64,000 bases of DNA from Chthoniobacterales bacterium (GTDB taxonomy: Bacteria; Verrucomicrobiota; Verrucomicrobiia; Chthoniobacterales; DYNR01). Both the position numbers and the translations under genes were made by a program. Shown piece by piece: positions 10,262 to 21,730 of the stretch. The stretch is taken from the NCBI GenBank assembly GCA_026418675.1, contig JAOAAX010000001.1, forward strand, positions 5,909 to 69,908. The letters run 5' to 3'. The notes under the pieces are model-generated. The model had not been told where the DNA came from. It did not search any database and saw nothing but the letters and a program-made list of their open reading frames with translations. The first letter of the stretch is position 1. Every line of letters starts with the position of its first letter.

Positions 10262-11566
10262 TCAATAAATTAAATTATTTTTTAATAAAAAAAATTCTTC
10301 TGAAACTATCTCATTTTGAAGAATCTGAGCAAGAGTTTGGCGCTTACGAATGAGGTGGGGACGTTTAGAGTGATCCAATAATATCTCGGCCGCTTCGGGA
10401 AATGAATTGTAGTTTTTGGTTGCCATACCTGAACAATATGCTCCTGCACCACCAATAAAACAAAAGTCCCCAATTTCCACCCGAGGGAACTTACGCGTTG
10501 ATATTACCTCCGGTTCTCCAGGGGAGGGGGTTAATATATCTCCAGACTCACAACAATGTCCAACAACCACGTAATTTTGCATTTCAGCTTGCCGGTTTTC
10601 CGGATGAAGTAGAAATATGGGGTGTTGGGCTCCATAGAGAGAGGGTCTTAGAATTTCGGTCATTCCAGTGTTCAACTTCAGGAAAGTAAAACCATTATTC
10701 CCAGTATCAACAATGTCTTGAACACGACATAGAACAGCCCCTGCATTCGCAACGAGAAAAGTCCCCGGTTCAATCTCGAGATGCAATTTTCGTCCTGTCC
10801 TCTCAAAAAATTTTTGTATTTCCTGAGAAACGGGAGAACCTATCTGCTCCAAGTCCGTAGCCTTTTCTTCAGAAACTCTCGCAACTTTATACCCTCCTCC
10901 TAAATTCAAGTGAGTTACAGTCGGAAATTCATCAACTAATTGTAAACTTAAAAGAGCCACCCTCCTCCATACCTCCGGGTCACTTCCCGATCCAATGTGA
11001 GTATGGATACGAAAAACTTCCAAACGGAACTTTCGAAGCAATTCTAATACCAAATCCTTTTTTTCATGCCAAATCCCAAAACTAGAGGCCACACCACCAA
11101 CATTCGTGCGATTAGTGCTCCCAGAACCTAGACCAGGATTGAACCGAAGGCCAATGCGGGATGAAGGTCTTGCACAACCTATCCTCCTTATTTGCTCTAA
11201 AGAAGAAGCATGGATCTCAACCCCCATATCCATCAAATCAGGAAAATCATCGGGCAATTCCTGAGTGCTAAGGCTTATTTTTTGTGGGGCAATCCCTAAA
11301 GTTAGGAGCCTTTTAACTTCAAAACCAGAACTCGCATCAAAAAATAAACCTAATCTATCAAAAAATTTTACTATTGCAGCAGTAGGAGCTGCTTTCATTG
11401 CATACCGAACCGTCAATCCAAATACATGTGGAAATGACAGCATTTGTCGAGCAGCAATTTCTAAACGATCCAGATCATAGACAAAGCAAGGAGTTCCAAA
11501 ACTCTGCTCTATTTCCTGAGCCAATTTGTAATCTAAAAACGGCTTTCGCAATGCCTCCTGTTTCAT
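10262..11566 (-). CDS. lysA: Diaminopimelate decarboxylase
   Basis: PLP lysine motif YAMKA, plus HTHIGSG, NLGGG, EPG, HCCESGD and GAY. Confidence 0.92.
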   Translation of the reverse strand: MKQEALRKPFLDYKLAQEIEQSFGTPCFVYDLDRLEIAARQMLSFPHVFGLTVRYAMKAAPTAAIVKFFDRLGLFFDASSGFEVKRLLTLGIAPQKISLSTQELPDDFPDLMDMGVEIHASSLEQIRRIGCARPSSRIGLRFNPGLGSGSTNRTNVGGVASSFGIWHEKKDLVLELLRKFRLEVFRIHTHIGSGSDPEVWRRVALLSLQLVDEFPTVTHLNLGGGYKVARVSEEKATDLEQIGSPVSQEIQKFFERTGRKLHLEIEPGTFLVANAGAVLCRVQDIVDTGNNGFTFLKLNTGMTEILRPSLYGAQHPIFLLHPENRQAEMQNYVVVGHCCESGDILTPSPGEPEVISTRKFPRVEIGDFCFIGGAGAYCSGMATKNYNSFPEAAEILLDHSKRPHLIRKRQTLAQILQNEIVSEEFFLLKNNLIY

Positions 11567-11757
11567 AACAATTGCTCACCATTTAAAAAATAAATCAAAA
11601 ACCACGACAACTACCCTCAAAACTTTTCCCAAAGTTTTTCACAATAGAATATTTGCCTCTGATAGTGTGAATAACATATAACATCACACAATGTATGTCA
11701 TATATAATATGTGTTTATCCTCTTTAAAAATCTTAAATCTCCTTATAATCGAATCTA

Positions 11758-12063
11758 TTAAACATCCTCTGAATCGCAGGGCTCAGAAAAGCCCGAATCA
11801 CGACGAATACTCTCAAGCTGTTTTCGAACTCTCCAAGAAGCTTGAGGGTTATCCAATATCCGAACGGCAATTCCTGCCAGTATCGGCAAAGTAAGCGCAA
11901 TCCCCGCAGCAAGCAAACCCAATGCGAGCTTATCCCGTGTTCTTTGATTTAAATAGTTTGAAAGGAATAAGCCCGCTCCTATACCAAGAAATGCCTGAGA
12001 AATCCCTGTAAGGCTAGAAGCTGGAAGGTTTTGGCCAAGTTTTTGCAACGAAAAATTTGTCAT
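11758..12063 (-). CDS. Small hypothetical membrane protein
   Basis: 101 aa with two Gly-rich hydrophobic helices and a charged C-terminus. Confidence 0.65.
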   Translation of the reverse strand: MTNFSLQKLGQNLPASSLTGISQAFLGIGAGLFLSNYLNQRTRDKLALGLLAAGIALTLPILAGIAVRILDNPQASWRVRKQLESIRRDSGFSEPCDSEDV

Positions 12064-12148
12064 ATCTCTTTTGACTTTACTCTTCTCTCAATTATCAGTC
12101 AAGACATTTAAGGTCTTAAAATAAAATGTTATGTTACATGTTACGTTA

Positions 12149-12901
12149 TTATTGAAACGGTAATCTTATTTCGATTTTTTTGGGAAATTCCCCTTTCATC
12201 TTGGGTTTAAGTGAGGGATTTTTGATGGGGATGTTGTTCTCTTTTGCATACTGGGCTATTGCAGCAGAAATTTCCCTTGCGGTTCTATTTGAATCGAGGG
12301 TTACACCACCGAGAGCTCCTCCAGCAGCACTAAGAGCTGCGCCAGCTGGAACAAACGTAAAGGTTATTGGATTAAAAGCCGATATTGCTCCTGGTTCAGC
12401 GTTCGACCCCCCGGTTGTTGAAAGCGCTAACAAAGGTCGGGGATTAGGTGTCGAAAGGTCATAAAGCATTGCCTTGGTTTCCATTTTCGTTGCGCCAGCT
12501 CCAAATCCGATAGCCATTCGCAAAAACCGACTACCTTGATTGACACGATGAAAAGTGCCAGCTAACATCCAGTATTTTCCTCTAGGAATTGGCTCGCGAA
12601 GCCCAAGTTTTTCTGCAGGCAGAACATTTTCACTCAGACGGCGGACCAATTGGCGAGTCAGCCTATCTTGAGTCTCAATCCGAAAATCGAGCAATTCACT
12701 CCCCTCCCTGTCAACATAAAAAACATTAGCGGGAACGTCAAAATCCCGAACAAAAATTTTTTGAGGTTTTGAGTTTGGAGAGTTAATTGGTTTATACTTG
12801 GAAATGCTAACTGAAGCACAGCCAGAAATGACAAATACCCCTAATAAAAAAGATCCAAGAATTAAATAATAAACAAATTTATTACGGTGCATGAGGTGCA
12901 T
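12149..12901 (-). CDS. DUF4410-like lipoprotein (start may be 12892)
   Basis: Lipobox ISGC and the motif VNQGSRFLRMAIGFGAGATK. Confidence 0.75.
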   Translation of the reverse strand: MHLMHRNKFVYYLILGSFLLGVFVISGCASVSISKYKPINSPNSKPQKIFVRDFDVPANVFYVDREGSELLDFRIETQDRLTRQLVRRLSENVLPAEKLGLREPIPRGKYWMLAGTFHRVNQGSRFLRMAIGFGAGATKMETKAMLYDLSTPNPRPLLALSTTGGSNAEPGAISAFNPITFTFVPAGAALSAAGGALGGVTLDSNRTAREISAAIAQYAKENNIPIKNPSLKPKMKGEFPKKIEIRLPFQ

Positions 12902-12947
12902 AAAAAAGAAAACCGAACGCCTTGGGAGTTAACCCATAGCGTTCGGT
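12902..12947 (-). terminator. Rho-independent terminator after sodA
   Basis: Stem ACCGAACGC/GCGTTCGGT followed on the minus strand by TTTCTTTTTT. Confidence 0.75.
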
Positions 12948-12975
12948 AATAGATAATAAAGTGTTTTTAAATATC

Positions 12976-13608
12976 TTAACTTTTTACCGCTTGTAAATAA
13001 TTGGCTTCAACAATATCCCAACTGATGACGTTCCAAATGGCTTTTAAATAATCGGGACGACGATTTTGATAGAGAAGATAGTAAGCGTGTTCCCAAACAT
13101 CTACACCCATTATAGGTGTCCCTGGACATTCGACAACTCCTTTCATTAGAGGATTGTCCTGATTGGGAGTTGAGCAAATGCAAAGAGATTTGTCGTCATG
13201 AACACAAAGCCAAACCCACCCACTACCAAAACGAGAAACGCCAACTGCTTCAAACTTTGCCTGAAAATCGGAAAATGAACCAAATGCTTTCGTTATTGCT
13301 TCGGCAAGTTGACCACTCGGTTGTCCGCCTTTGCCTGGGCCGAGAATCTTCCAGAAAAATGTATGATTCCAGTGCCCCCCTCCGTTATTGCGAACTGCTG
13401 TGCGGATGTTTTCCGGTAAAGAGGGAATGTCAGCAAGGATTGTTTCTAGAGTTTTTGAAGCAATATCGGGAAAACTTTCTAAAGCCTTGTTGAGATTTGT
13501 TACATAAGCTTGATGATGCTTCCCATGGTGAATCTCCATCGTCCTAGCATCAATGTAGGGTTCTAAAGCATCGTGTGGATATGGTAATGGTGGTAGTTCA
13601 AATGGCAT
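12976..13608 (-). CDS. sodA: Superoxide dismutase, Mn/Fe family (Mn-type signatures)
   Basis: Motifs [26 protein letters not shown] and DVWEHAYY. Confidence 0.95.
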   Translation of the reverse strand: MPFELPPLPYPHDALEPYIDARTMEIHHGKHHQAYVTNLNKALESFPDIASKTLETILADIPSLPENIRTAVRNNGGGHWNHTFFWKILGPGKGGQPSGQLAEAITKAFGSFSDFQAKFEAVGVSRFGSGWVWLCVHDDKSLCICSTPNQDNPLMKGVVECPGTPIMGVDVWEHAYYLLYQNRRPDYLKAIWNVISWDIVEANYLQAVKS

Positions 13609-13659
13609 ATTAGTTCTCCTGATTTTGTTTTTGGTAAGCTAAAATTTTAACGTTTATTT

Positions 13660-14895
13660 CTAAGTTTGCAAGTTAAAAAGAAGTCCCTTTTCTGCAGCAA
13701 CCCGTATTCGTAATGACTGCAGGCGTATAAAGCCAGTTGCATCGGATTGGTCATACGAATCGGTAGGATCGGCTTCCATTGTGGCTATTTCCGTTCGATA
13801 CAATGCCGTGGGGCTTTTTATACCCGCTGATAGAATATTTCCTTTGTAGAGGCGCAAACGAACTGTCCCATTTACATTCCGCTGCGTCTCCTCCACAAAA
13901 GCTTGCAAAGCCAAACGCTCAGGGGAAAACCAAAAACCATAATAGACGAGTTCAGAGTATTTTGGAATGAGGCTATCCCGAAGCCGCATAACTTCACGGT
14001 CCATAGTTAAGGACTCGATTTTTCTGTGTGCAAAATGAAGAATCGCACCCCCGGGCGTCTCATAAACCCCACGAGACTTCATCCCTACAAACCGGTTTTC
14101 CACCATGTCCACGCGTCCAATACCATGCTTACCCCCCAACGCGTTTAACTCAAGCATAACACCCAACGGCGTGAGCTGCTTCCCATTAATTGCAACGCAA
14201 TTGCCTCGTTCAAATTCAAGTTCGACTAACTCAGAATCGTTGGGAGCGTCCTCAGGACTTACACTGAGACGATACATGTCCTTATTTTCCGGAGAGCTGG
14301 CATCAAACCAGGGGTCCTCAAGGATACCGCTCTCATAGCTGATATGGAGCAAGTTGCGATCTGTCGAATAGGGCCGTTGTGCACTAACAGTAATGGGAAT
14401 ATTATTCTTCTCCGCAAAGGCAATCATTTCAGCTCGGCCCGGAAATTGCCTGCGGAAATTTTCATCCCGCCACGGAGCAATCACTTTGAGATTCGGCGCA
14501 AGGGCTGCTGCTGTAAGTTCAAATCGAACCTGATCGTTCCCTTTGCCCGTAGCTCCGTGGGCAATAGCATCTGCTTCCTCAGCCTTAGCTATTTCCACCA
14601 TGCGTTTTGCAATGAGTGGACGAGCTATACTCGTGCCCAAGTAATATTGTCCCTCATAAATTGCCCCAGCCCGCATCATGGGAAAAATAAAATCTCGGGC
14701 AAATTCTTCTCGCAAATCATCAATATAACATTTGGAGGCCCCAGTTCTTAATGCTTTCTCCTCAAGGCCTACAAGCTCATCCTCCTGACCAATGTTCGCA
14801 CAAAAAGCTATAATCTCAGCTTTATATTGCTGCTTGAGCCAGAGTAGAATTACTGAAGTATCTAACCCCCCTGAGTAAGCTATAACTATCTTCAT
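13660..14895 (-). CDS. argG: Argininosuccinate synthase
   Basis: Motifs [22 protein letters not shown] and [17 protein letters not shown]. Confidence 0.98.
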   Translation of the reverse strand: MKIVIAYSGGLDTSVILLWLKQQYKAEIIAFCANIGQEDELVGLEEKALRTGASKCYIDDLREEFARDFIFPMMRAGAIYEGQYYLGTSIARPLIAKRMVEIAKAEEADAIAHGATGKGNDQVRFELTAAALAPNLKVIAPWRDENFRRQFPGRAEMIAFAEKNNIPITVSAQRPYSTDRNLLHISYESGILEDPWFDASSPENKDMYRLSVSPEDAPNDSELVELEFERGNCVAINGKQLTPLGVMLELNALGGKHGIGRVDMVENRFVGMKSRGVYETPGGAILHFAHRKIESLTMDREVMRLRDSLIPKYSELVYYGFWFSPERLALQAFVEETQRNVNGTVRLRLYKGNILSAGIKSPTALYRTEIATMEADPTDSYDQSDATGFIRLQSLRIRVAAEKGLLFNLQT

Positions 14896-14997
14896 ACACA
14901 AAATAACAAGATATGCTGCATAAGTTTTTTATATTTTTTCTCGCAAGGCTTACTTGGAACAAAAATGATTCGACGGTCAATATCGTAGAAAAAACTT

Positions 14998-15074
14998 TGG
15001 GGTGACCGACGGGACTCGAACCCGCGACACCCAGAGCCACAATCTGGTGCTCTACCGACTGAGCTACGGTCACC
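14998..15074 (-). tRNA. tRNA-His (anticodon GTG) with encoded G-1
   Basis: The minus strand reads GGTGACCGTAGCTCAGTCGGTAGAGCACCAGATTGTGGCTCTGG...GGTTCGAGTCCCGTCGGTCACCCCA. Confidence 0.97.
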
Positions 15075-15316
15075 AATTCATCCAAAACTCTATTTTTTGA
15101 AAACAGGTGTCACAAGTCAACCCGTAATCCTTAATTAAAGATTTATACATACAATATAAAAAAGATATAGTTGTATTCTATACTTTTGTATAAGGTATAT
15201 TATTGATATACATATCAGATAATATCTGTCCTTCCTGCGCTTGAATTCACTCACCATAGGCTTTTAGATTACCAACAAGGCTTAGAACTATTATCTTAAT
15301 TAATCCACGGATATCC

Positions 15317-16700
15317 ATGACCGAGCCAAGGACAGTTGTTCTACCAGGGGTGCCTTTTCATGATTTTAGAATGGTGGAAGTTTTGGAGCGAATTGATGCC
15401 ATCATATCCAGCCGGCAGCCCAATTATTTTGTGTCTGCAAACTTAGACTTCGCTAAACAGGCAAGTGAAGATATTGAACTTCAAAGAATTCTGCTAGAAG
15501 CCGATCAAGTCCTGTGCGACGGGGCTCCCTAACTTTGGTTCTCGCAAATTCAGGGACGTCCGCTCCGTGAAAGATTAGCAGGTTTCGACTTGGTGCCACG
15601 TCTAGCCGCACATTCGCAGGAAAAAGGCTATCGTTTGTTTTTTCCTTGGTGGAACAGAGAAAAGCTTACAACAGGCTCTGGAAAATCTTCGAAGAAATTA
15701 TCCAAAATTGAAAGATTTCGGGGGGCTATCCTCCATTTGCGCCTCTCCAAGAAATGGATAATGCAACGATTCTTCAAAAGATACTAGACTTTCGGCCCGA
15801 TATTTTACTCGTGTCACTTTGGTGCCCGAAGCAGGAAAAGTGGATTAATATGCATTATCGCAGAATCGGCGTCCCCTTGAGCATTAGTGTAGGAGCTCCT
15901 ATCGAATTTTTGGCAGGTAAGTTTGTATGAGCACCAAAATGGGTTGGAAAACTCGGCTTGGAATGTGGGGCGCTTGACACAAGAACCAACCCGTTTGGTA
16001 CTCCGTTATTGGAAAGACATGTGTTTCCTTTTAAAACGGTCTTTTCGCGAGTATTCAGCAGTCCGTAAAAAACTCTCCTTAGAATTGCCACTCAGGCCAA
16101 TTCTTCCAACAAATGAAAACAAAAAGATAAAAACGATATTAAAATCCAATATATCGTATGAAGTGGAGAGTTAACTAAATCGAACAAACACCTGTTACCA
16201 ATTCCTCATTTTTTAGAGCCGGTTGTCTTTGATTTATCAGGAATCTCGCGCGTTGATAGTCGTGGACTTTGGCATCTCCTGAGAATGGTAAAGAGGGCAT
16301 GGACTGCAAACAAGACATGTTGCCTGCTCACTCCTTCACCAAAAATGGAAGAATTTTGGAAGTAACGCGACTGAGGAGAGTTCTCCCTATCGTTCAAAGT
16401 ATTGAAGAGGCTATGGAACTTTTTCGAAGGAAGTTATCTCACAGACCCTTCGAGCCGTTCATGGTGACTCAGATAATATATTGCTTCTCAAAATGCCTCC
16501 CAGGTTAACCGTTGACACAATAGGAGTTTGTTCAAAAAAAATTCAGGATGAATGGGATAAGAGCCCACATGTTCGTAAATTAGTCTCGGATTTGGCCAAA
16601 ACACACTTCATGGATAGTTCCGAACTTGGCTTCTTAATCTCTACAATGCGAAAATCCGTATCGCACGACTTGAACAGATTTTATCAAAAAATTCCGATAA
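15317..16700 (+). pseudogene. WecB/TagA/CpsF glycosyltransferase fused to STAS domain(s), disrupted
   Basis: WecB fragments SANLDF, LCDGAP*, RLAGFDL, PKQEKW and SVGAPIEFLAG. STAS fragments VVFDLSGISRVDSRGLWHL and VSDLAKTHFMDSSELGFL. Contains in-frame stops and frameshifts. Confidence 0.8.
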
Positions 16701-16761
16701 AAAAAATTGGGAAATGTCGGATTCAGAAGTTTAGGATTTGCAGGAGGTAACAATTTGATTC

Positions 16762-17470
16762 TTGCAGAGCATCTTTAACTCCCCTCCCCCTTATTTTCTC
16801 TTGCTAAACAGCAATACAATCGTCCATCCAGGGTGCATCGAATCCTCTGTTAAAGCCATAGGAAGACTAAACAAAGCAGGAACGTTAACCTGCTTGCTCT
16901 TAAATAGTGATGGAAGTGTGCAGAATATATGCCGCCGCTTTCCGACACCTTTAAGAGAAGCTGCTTGTGCTTTGGGATTACCTTGGAAACTGCATTGGCT
17001 TTTTGATTGGGCAGACCTTGAAGATATGGGGTGGGACCAGCAAAAAAGGATACGTGTAAAGTTGATTGAATTAGCGGAGCGTTCTTTTTAGCACGCTCAA
17101 AAGCCTTAATGGAAACACGTTTATTGGATACAGATTTCTTTTTTTACAGTGGTGAAGATTGTGAATGGTGCTTTAGACTTCAAAAAAAGGATGGAAAATA
17201 TGGTTCCATCCTTCAAGTAAAATCACTCATTTTGGAGGCAGTTCTTCGAATTCCAGCAAAATATTGGATCGAACAAAACTAAAATATCGTTGGCATGCAT
17301 GGTTACTAATTCAGAGTAAATGTTATGGTTCTTAGGCAGCTTGTTTGTTTGGATTTGTTATTACCTTTCTTATTCGCTCAAACTTTTGAAGCTAAAGAGG
17401 CGCTTCCCTATGGAAAAAAACAAGATCAATGAATTAAAAATAAATTTGGAAGTATTAAGCGAAATTAAGC
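16762..17470 (+). pseudogene. GT2-family glycosyltransferase remnant
   Basis: Fragments YFLLLNSNTIV, LLNSDGSVQ..RRFPTP, FFFYSGEDCEWCFR and ITHFGGSS lie in shifting frames. Confidence 0.72.
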
Positions 17471-17487
17471 CAACATGGAATTGATAA

Positions 17488-18550
17488 ATGCGAATTGCTT
17501 TTGTTTTACCAGGGCTCCATAGAGTTTGTTGTGGAGCGGAAGATGCATTTGAATCTCTTGCAGAGGAACTTTCACAATTTGAAGGAATCCAAGTCGTTCT
17601 ATTCGGTTCTGGTTTTCCGAGGAAAGAAGTAACATACCAATTTTTTCACTGTCCGAACATAGATCGAAGCTTCTTTGTGCGATGGAAACCAATCCCAATT
17701 TTTTCGATCTGAATATGTCTGGGAAGAGTTTACTTTTCTACCAGGTTTTTTAAGAGATTATCGATCAAATAAGTTTGATATAACAGTCTCTTGTTCATTT
17801 CCGTTTTTAAATTGGCTTCTAAGGGCTTTGCGCAGAAAGAAATCACCTGCCCACATTTTCGTAACGCAAAATGGGGATTATGCTCCTTCTACCCGAAAAC
17901 GGGAATATCGTTTTTTTGGTTGCGATGGCTTAGTTTGCACCAATTCCGACGACTACGAGCGCAATCAAACAAGATGTTTTTGTAAATTAATTCCACATGG
18001 GGTTAATCCGGAAGTTTTTCATCCCGTCCCTGCCCAACGATTGTTACTTTCCTTACCAGAGAATGTCACACTGGCTTTAATGGTCAGTGCCCTGATTCCC
18101 TCAAAGCGTGTTGAGAATGGAATTAGGGCAATATCAAAAATTCCTAATTTTCATTTATTGGTTTGTGGAGATGGACCTAGGAGAGAACATATTCAACAAC
18201 AGGGTAAAAAATCTGTTAGGCAATCGCTTCCATCTTAAAAGTTTTCCTCGTTCCCAAATGCCATTAGTTTACCAGCCTGCAGATGTATTTCTACACATGA
18301 GTTAAGAAGAATCATCGGCAAACGCTTACATAAAAGCTCTTGCCAGTGGATTACTGATTGTTACACATGACCGACGAGTAACACGATGGACTCTCGAAAA
18401 CCAAGCAACTTACGTTAATACAACAAACCTTGATGCTGTTGCTTCTGCAGTCCAACAAGCCCAAAATCTGAATTCAAATGAATAAGTTACCTTGGAAGCA
18501 AATAGCTAGGGAATATCTCGATTTCTTTCAAAAAGTAATCGAAAAAGCAA
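17488..18550 (+). pseudogene. GT4-family glycosyltransferase remnant
   Basis: Fragments MRIAFVLPGLHRV..GAE, IPHGVN, VSALIPSKRV, LLVCGDGP, ADVFLHMS*EE and ALASGL. Contains frameshifts and a stop. Confidence 0.78.
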
Positions 18551-18556
18551 TAGAGG

Positions 18557-19570
18557 ATGAGTAATTTGGCTTTTGTAATAATTGGACGAAATGAAAGTTC
18601 TCGTTTGCAAAGATGTATTCAGTCAATTCTCCCTTACTCTTATCAAATAATTTACGTTGATTCAGGCTCAAGTGATGGCAGCCCAGAATGGGCGTGGTCA
18701 GTTGGTTGTGTGGAACACGAACTTGACGACGCTCGCCCATTCAATATGTCGAGGGCAAAGAAATGCCGGCTTTCATTCGGCTCTTAGAAAATGGCCAAAT
18801 ATACATATATGTTCATTTTGTTGATGGTGACTGCGAATTGCACCCTGAATGGATTGAAAATGCTCTTGATTTCCTAAAAAAAACATCCTGAAGTTTCTGC
18901 CGTCTGGGGAAGGAGATTGGAAAAATTCCCTGAAAATTCAATTTTTAACCGACTTTGTGATATCGAATGGAACACCCTAATCGGAGAAACAAAAGCGACA
19001 GGAGGTGATGCAATTTACAGCGTCCCAATCCTTCTCCAAGTTGGCGGATTTACCGAGGAACTAATCGCAAGGAAAAACCTGAATTGTGCCTAAGAATTCG
19101 CCTAGCTGGTTCAAAAATCTGGCGACTACCCTGAAATATGACACTGCACGATGCAAACATTACACGAATGGAACAATGGAGGAAACGTAACGTTCGTGCA
19201 GGTTTTGCAGCATTCGACGTCTTCACCCGTTCCAAGAAATTAACGCGAGGAAAGGAAATACTTTTTGGAGACAAAGTCCGGAGCCCTATTCTTTGGATAA
19301 CATTAATATCAGGCACAATTTCCATATCTCTCGCGTCACTTCTTCTTTCCAGAACCTTAGCTTTTTTGCTTTTTGTCTTCTTGACATGCCTTTTCATATT
19401 TCAGTCCACGAAAATTGTCCTTCATATCCAACCCAAAGCCCGCAAATTTTCATGGGCTTTGGAATATGGCTTGCTAACACTTTTGGCAAAACTTCCTCAA
19501 GCTATTGGTATTTGGAAAGCATTCCAACATAAGCTCGCACAAAAAAGCTATGATAATTGAATATAAGTAA
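18557..19570 (+). pseudogene. GT2-family glycosyltransferase remnant
   Basis: Fragments VIIGRNE, YVDSGSSDGS, FVDGDCEL, MTLHDA, a C-terminal TM region and terminal IIEYK*. Several frameshifts. Confidence 0.8.
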
Positions 19571-19587
19571 AATAACATAACAGAAAA

Positions 19588-19893
19588 ATGATTTTTTCAT
19601 CGCTCCGTTTTTCCCAACTTCGCAAACAAATCCTTACTGTTTTAAGCCAACTTTCGCCAGAAACAACTATGTGTCCTGGTTTACTAGCCAGAAAACTAGG
19701 AACAACCTTAAGAACCTTATTACCCGTGTTAAAAGAAATGGCAACTCGAGGAGAAATTTTACTTACCCAGAAAGGGAAACCTTCAACGCTTTCTAACCTA
19801 AACGGTCCTTTCCGTGTATGCCTCCCAACAGATTCACAAAAAAAGCCTCCAAGTAAAAATCACTCTACGGAAAATTACCCCTTTATCGACTAA
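19588..19893 (+). CDS. DUF3253-like small winged-helix protein
   Basis: TMCPGLLAR...GEILLTQKGKP...GPFRV resembles the DUF3253 pattern TICPSEVAR...ITQKG...GPIRL. Confidence 0.7.
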   Translation: MIFSSLRFSQLRKQILTVLSQLSPETTMCPGLLARKLGTTLRTLLPVLKEMATRGEILLTQKGKPSTLSNLNGPFRVCLPTDSQKKPPSKNHSTENYPFID

Positions 19894-20273
19894 GCTCACC
19901 TTAAAATACCATTGCTCATTATTTAGATATTAAGTATGAATTCTTAATTTCTTAAGCATAAAAAAAATTTTAAATTATAGAATACGAATTAAAATCTAAT
20001 TTAGAATCTATTTCTGCCAAATAAATAATTTGATATTTTCATTTTTTAGTTTCATTCAATATTCAAATATTTAAGAATAATTTTCAAAGATTAAAACAAA
20101 AAAATTTTTTATTTATTATTCTACTATTATACAAACAAAAATTAAAAATGAGTGCTGAATATAATAAATTTAAAATTAAAAAGACTTTATTAGACTAAAT
20201 TTCATCAAAAAAATTCTATGATTTAATTATATTTTTCAACTTTTTATAATATAATATATTTTTAACAAACAAA

Positions 20274-20747
20274 ATGGAGAAAATTTTATTAATTCTTTTA
20301 AATGTATTGTTTACTTTTTTCAGATTATTCATAGCATTTCTATTTCTTATTGCAGCTTATTTAAAATTAAATGATTTCCAACTATTTTTTGTTCGTATGT
20401 TAAGCTTCAATATTTTTGACTTTTATTTTACATTTTATTTATCATGCATCATCATCATCATTGAATTCATATTAGGAATCTGGATTATGACGGGGTGGAA
20501 ATTAAATCTATCATCATACATTGGAGCATCTCTGATATTTGTTTTTACAATCGGATATACTTTTTTGTCCTCAACTCAAAGATTTTCAAGTTGTCCTTGT
20601 TTTGGAAAATTTCTTACTACAAATTCCTTTGAAACTTGGATAATTCGCAATTTTCTTCTTATTCTGAGTCTTGTTATCATAGCAAATCAAAAATTTTTTG
20701 TTGACATAGTGAAAAAATTATTTTTATACTTATTGAGTAAAAAGTAA
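20274..20747 (+). CDS. MauE/DoxX-family membrane protein
   Basis: Four TM helices, AAYLKL, EFILG, the conserved CPCFG motif and IIRN. Confidence 0.75.
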   Translation: MEKILLILLNVLFTFFRLFIAFLFLIAAYLKLNDFQLFFVRMLSFNIFDFYFTFYLSCIIIIIEFILGIWIMTGWKLNLSSYIGASLIFVFTIGYTFLSSTQRFSSCPCFGKFLTTNSFETWIIRNFLLILSLVIIANQKFFVDIVKKLFLYLLSKK

Positions 20748-20748
20748 T

Positions 20749-21288
20749 ATGGAAAATTTGAACGTGCTCATGCGCACTTCCCAGGGTGAAATCTTTATGC
20801 GACTATTTGCTGAGAAAACACCCCTTACCGTTGCAAATTTTATAAATCTTTCTTTAAAAGGCTTTTATAACGGACTTCGCTTTCATCGTGTAATTCGTGA
20901 TTTTATCATTCAAACAGGATGTCCTATCGGTAATGGAGCTGGAAATGCTGGATACTTTTTCGAAGATGAGATTTGTCCTGCTCTCTCTCACTCTTGTGCA
21001 GGAAAAGTCTCAATGGCAAACTTCGGACCTAATACAAATAGCTGTCAATTTTTTATAACACGCACATCCACACCTTGGTTGGATGGCAAACATACTCTAT
21101 TTGGTGAAGTAACAAAGGGAATAGAAGTAGTTCAAGTTATACAATACAACGACATTATTCACGAAATAATTCCCCTTGATGATCCAAATTTTCTCCTTGC
21201 CAATTTTTCAGAACAGATAAAATTTTGGGATCAAAAAATTAAAATAACAATGGGAGGCGATGGTTTCAAAACTGCAAAGCCAATTTAA
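20749..21288 (+). CDS. Cyclophilin-type peptidyl-prolyl cis-trans isomerase
   Basis: Motifs PLTVANF, FHRVI, SMANFGPNTNSCQFFIT and WLDGKHTLFG. Confidence 0.95.
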   Translation: MENLNVLMRTSQGEIFMRLFAEKTPLTVANFINLSLKGFYNGLRFHRVIRDFIIQTGCPIGNGAGNAGYFFEDEICPALSHSCAGKVSMANFGPNTNSCQFFITRTSTPWLDGKHTLFGEVTKGIEVVQVIQYNDIIHEIIPLDDPNFLLANFSEQIKFWDQKIKITMGGDGFKTAKPI

Positions 21289-21328
21289 ATCCCGATTTTA
21301 GCTTTCCTCGATTTTACTCGATTTCAAA

Positions 21329-21712
21329 ATGAATGCAAATCCTCACACAGGCCCAACTAATGTTTTAGGAGGCCCACTCCTGCCTTGTTGTTTCGATCCA
21401 GTGACCGGTTTTTTTCGTGACGGTTATTGCCGTGTTGGTCCAGGAGATGTTGGTGTCCATGCTATCTGTGCTATCATGACGGAAGAGTTCTTGCTCTTCT
21501 CAAAAAAAATGGGCAATGACCTAATTACACCCAGACCCGAATACCAGTTTCCAGGGCTTAAACCTGGCGACAGATGGTGTGTTTGTGCAAGCCGGTGGAA
21601 AGAAGCCTACGACGCAGGTTGTGCTCCCAAAGTAATTTTAGAAGCTACGCACATCGCTGCACTCGAATTTGTCTCACTTGAAGAACTTCAACGTTTTGCA
21701 GTTACCGAATAA
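21329..21712 (+). CDS. DUF2237-family protein
   Basis: Motifs NVLGGPL, TGFFRDGYC, GNDLITP and FPGLKPGDRWCVCASRW. Confidence 0.92.
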   Translation: MNANPHTGPTNVLGGPLLPCCFDPVTGFFRDGYCRVGPGDVGVHAICAIMTEEFLLFSKKMGNDLITPRPEYQFPGLKPGDRWCVCASRWKEAYDAGCAPKVILEATHIAALEFVSLEELQRFAVTE

Positions 21713-21730
21713 TTATCAAAGAGTTTCGCT

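Noticed and set aside
14822-15085. 87-aa minus-strand ORF
   Set aside because: Shadow ORF running through tRNA-His and the argG start.
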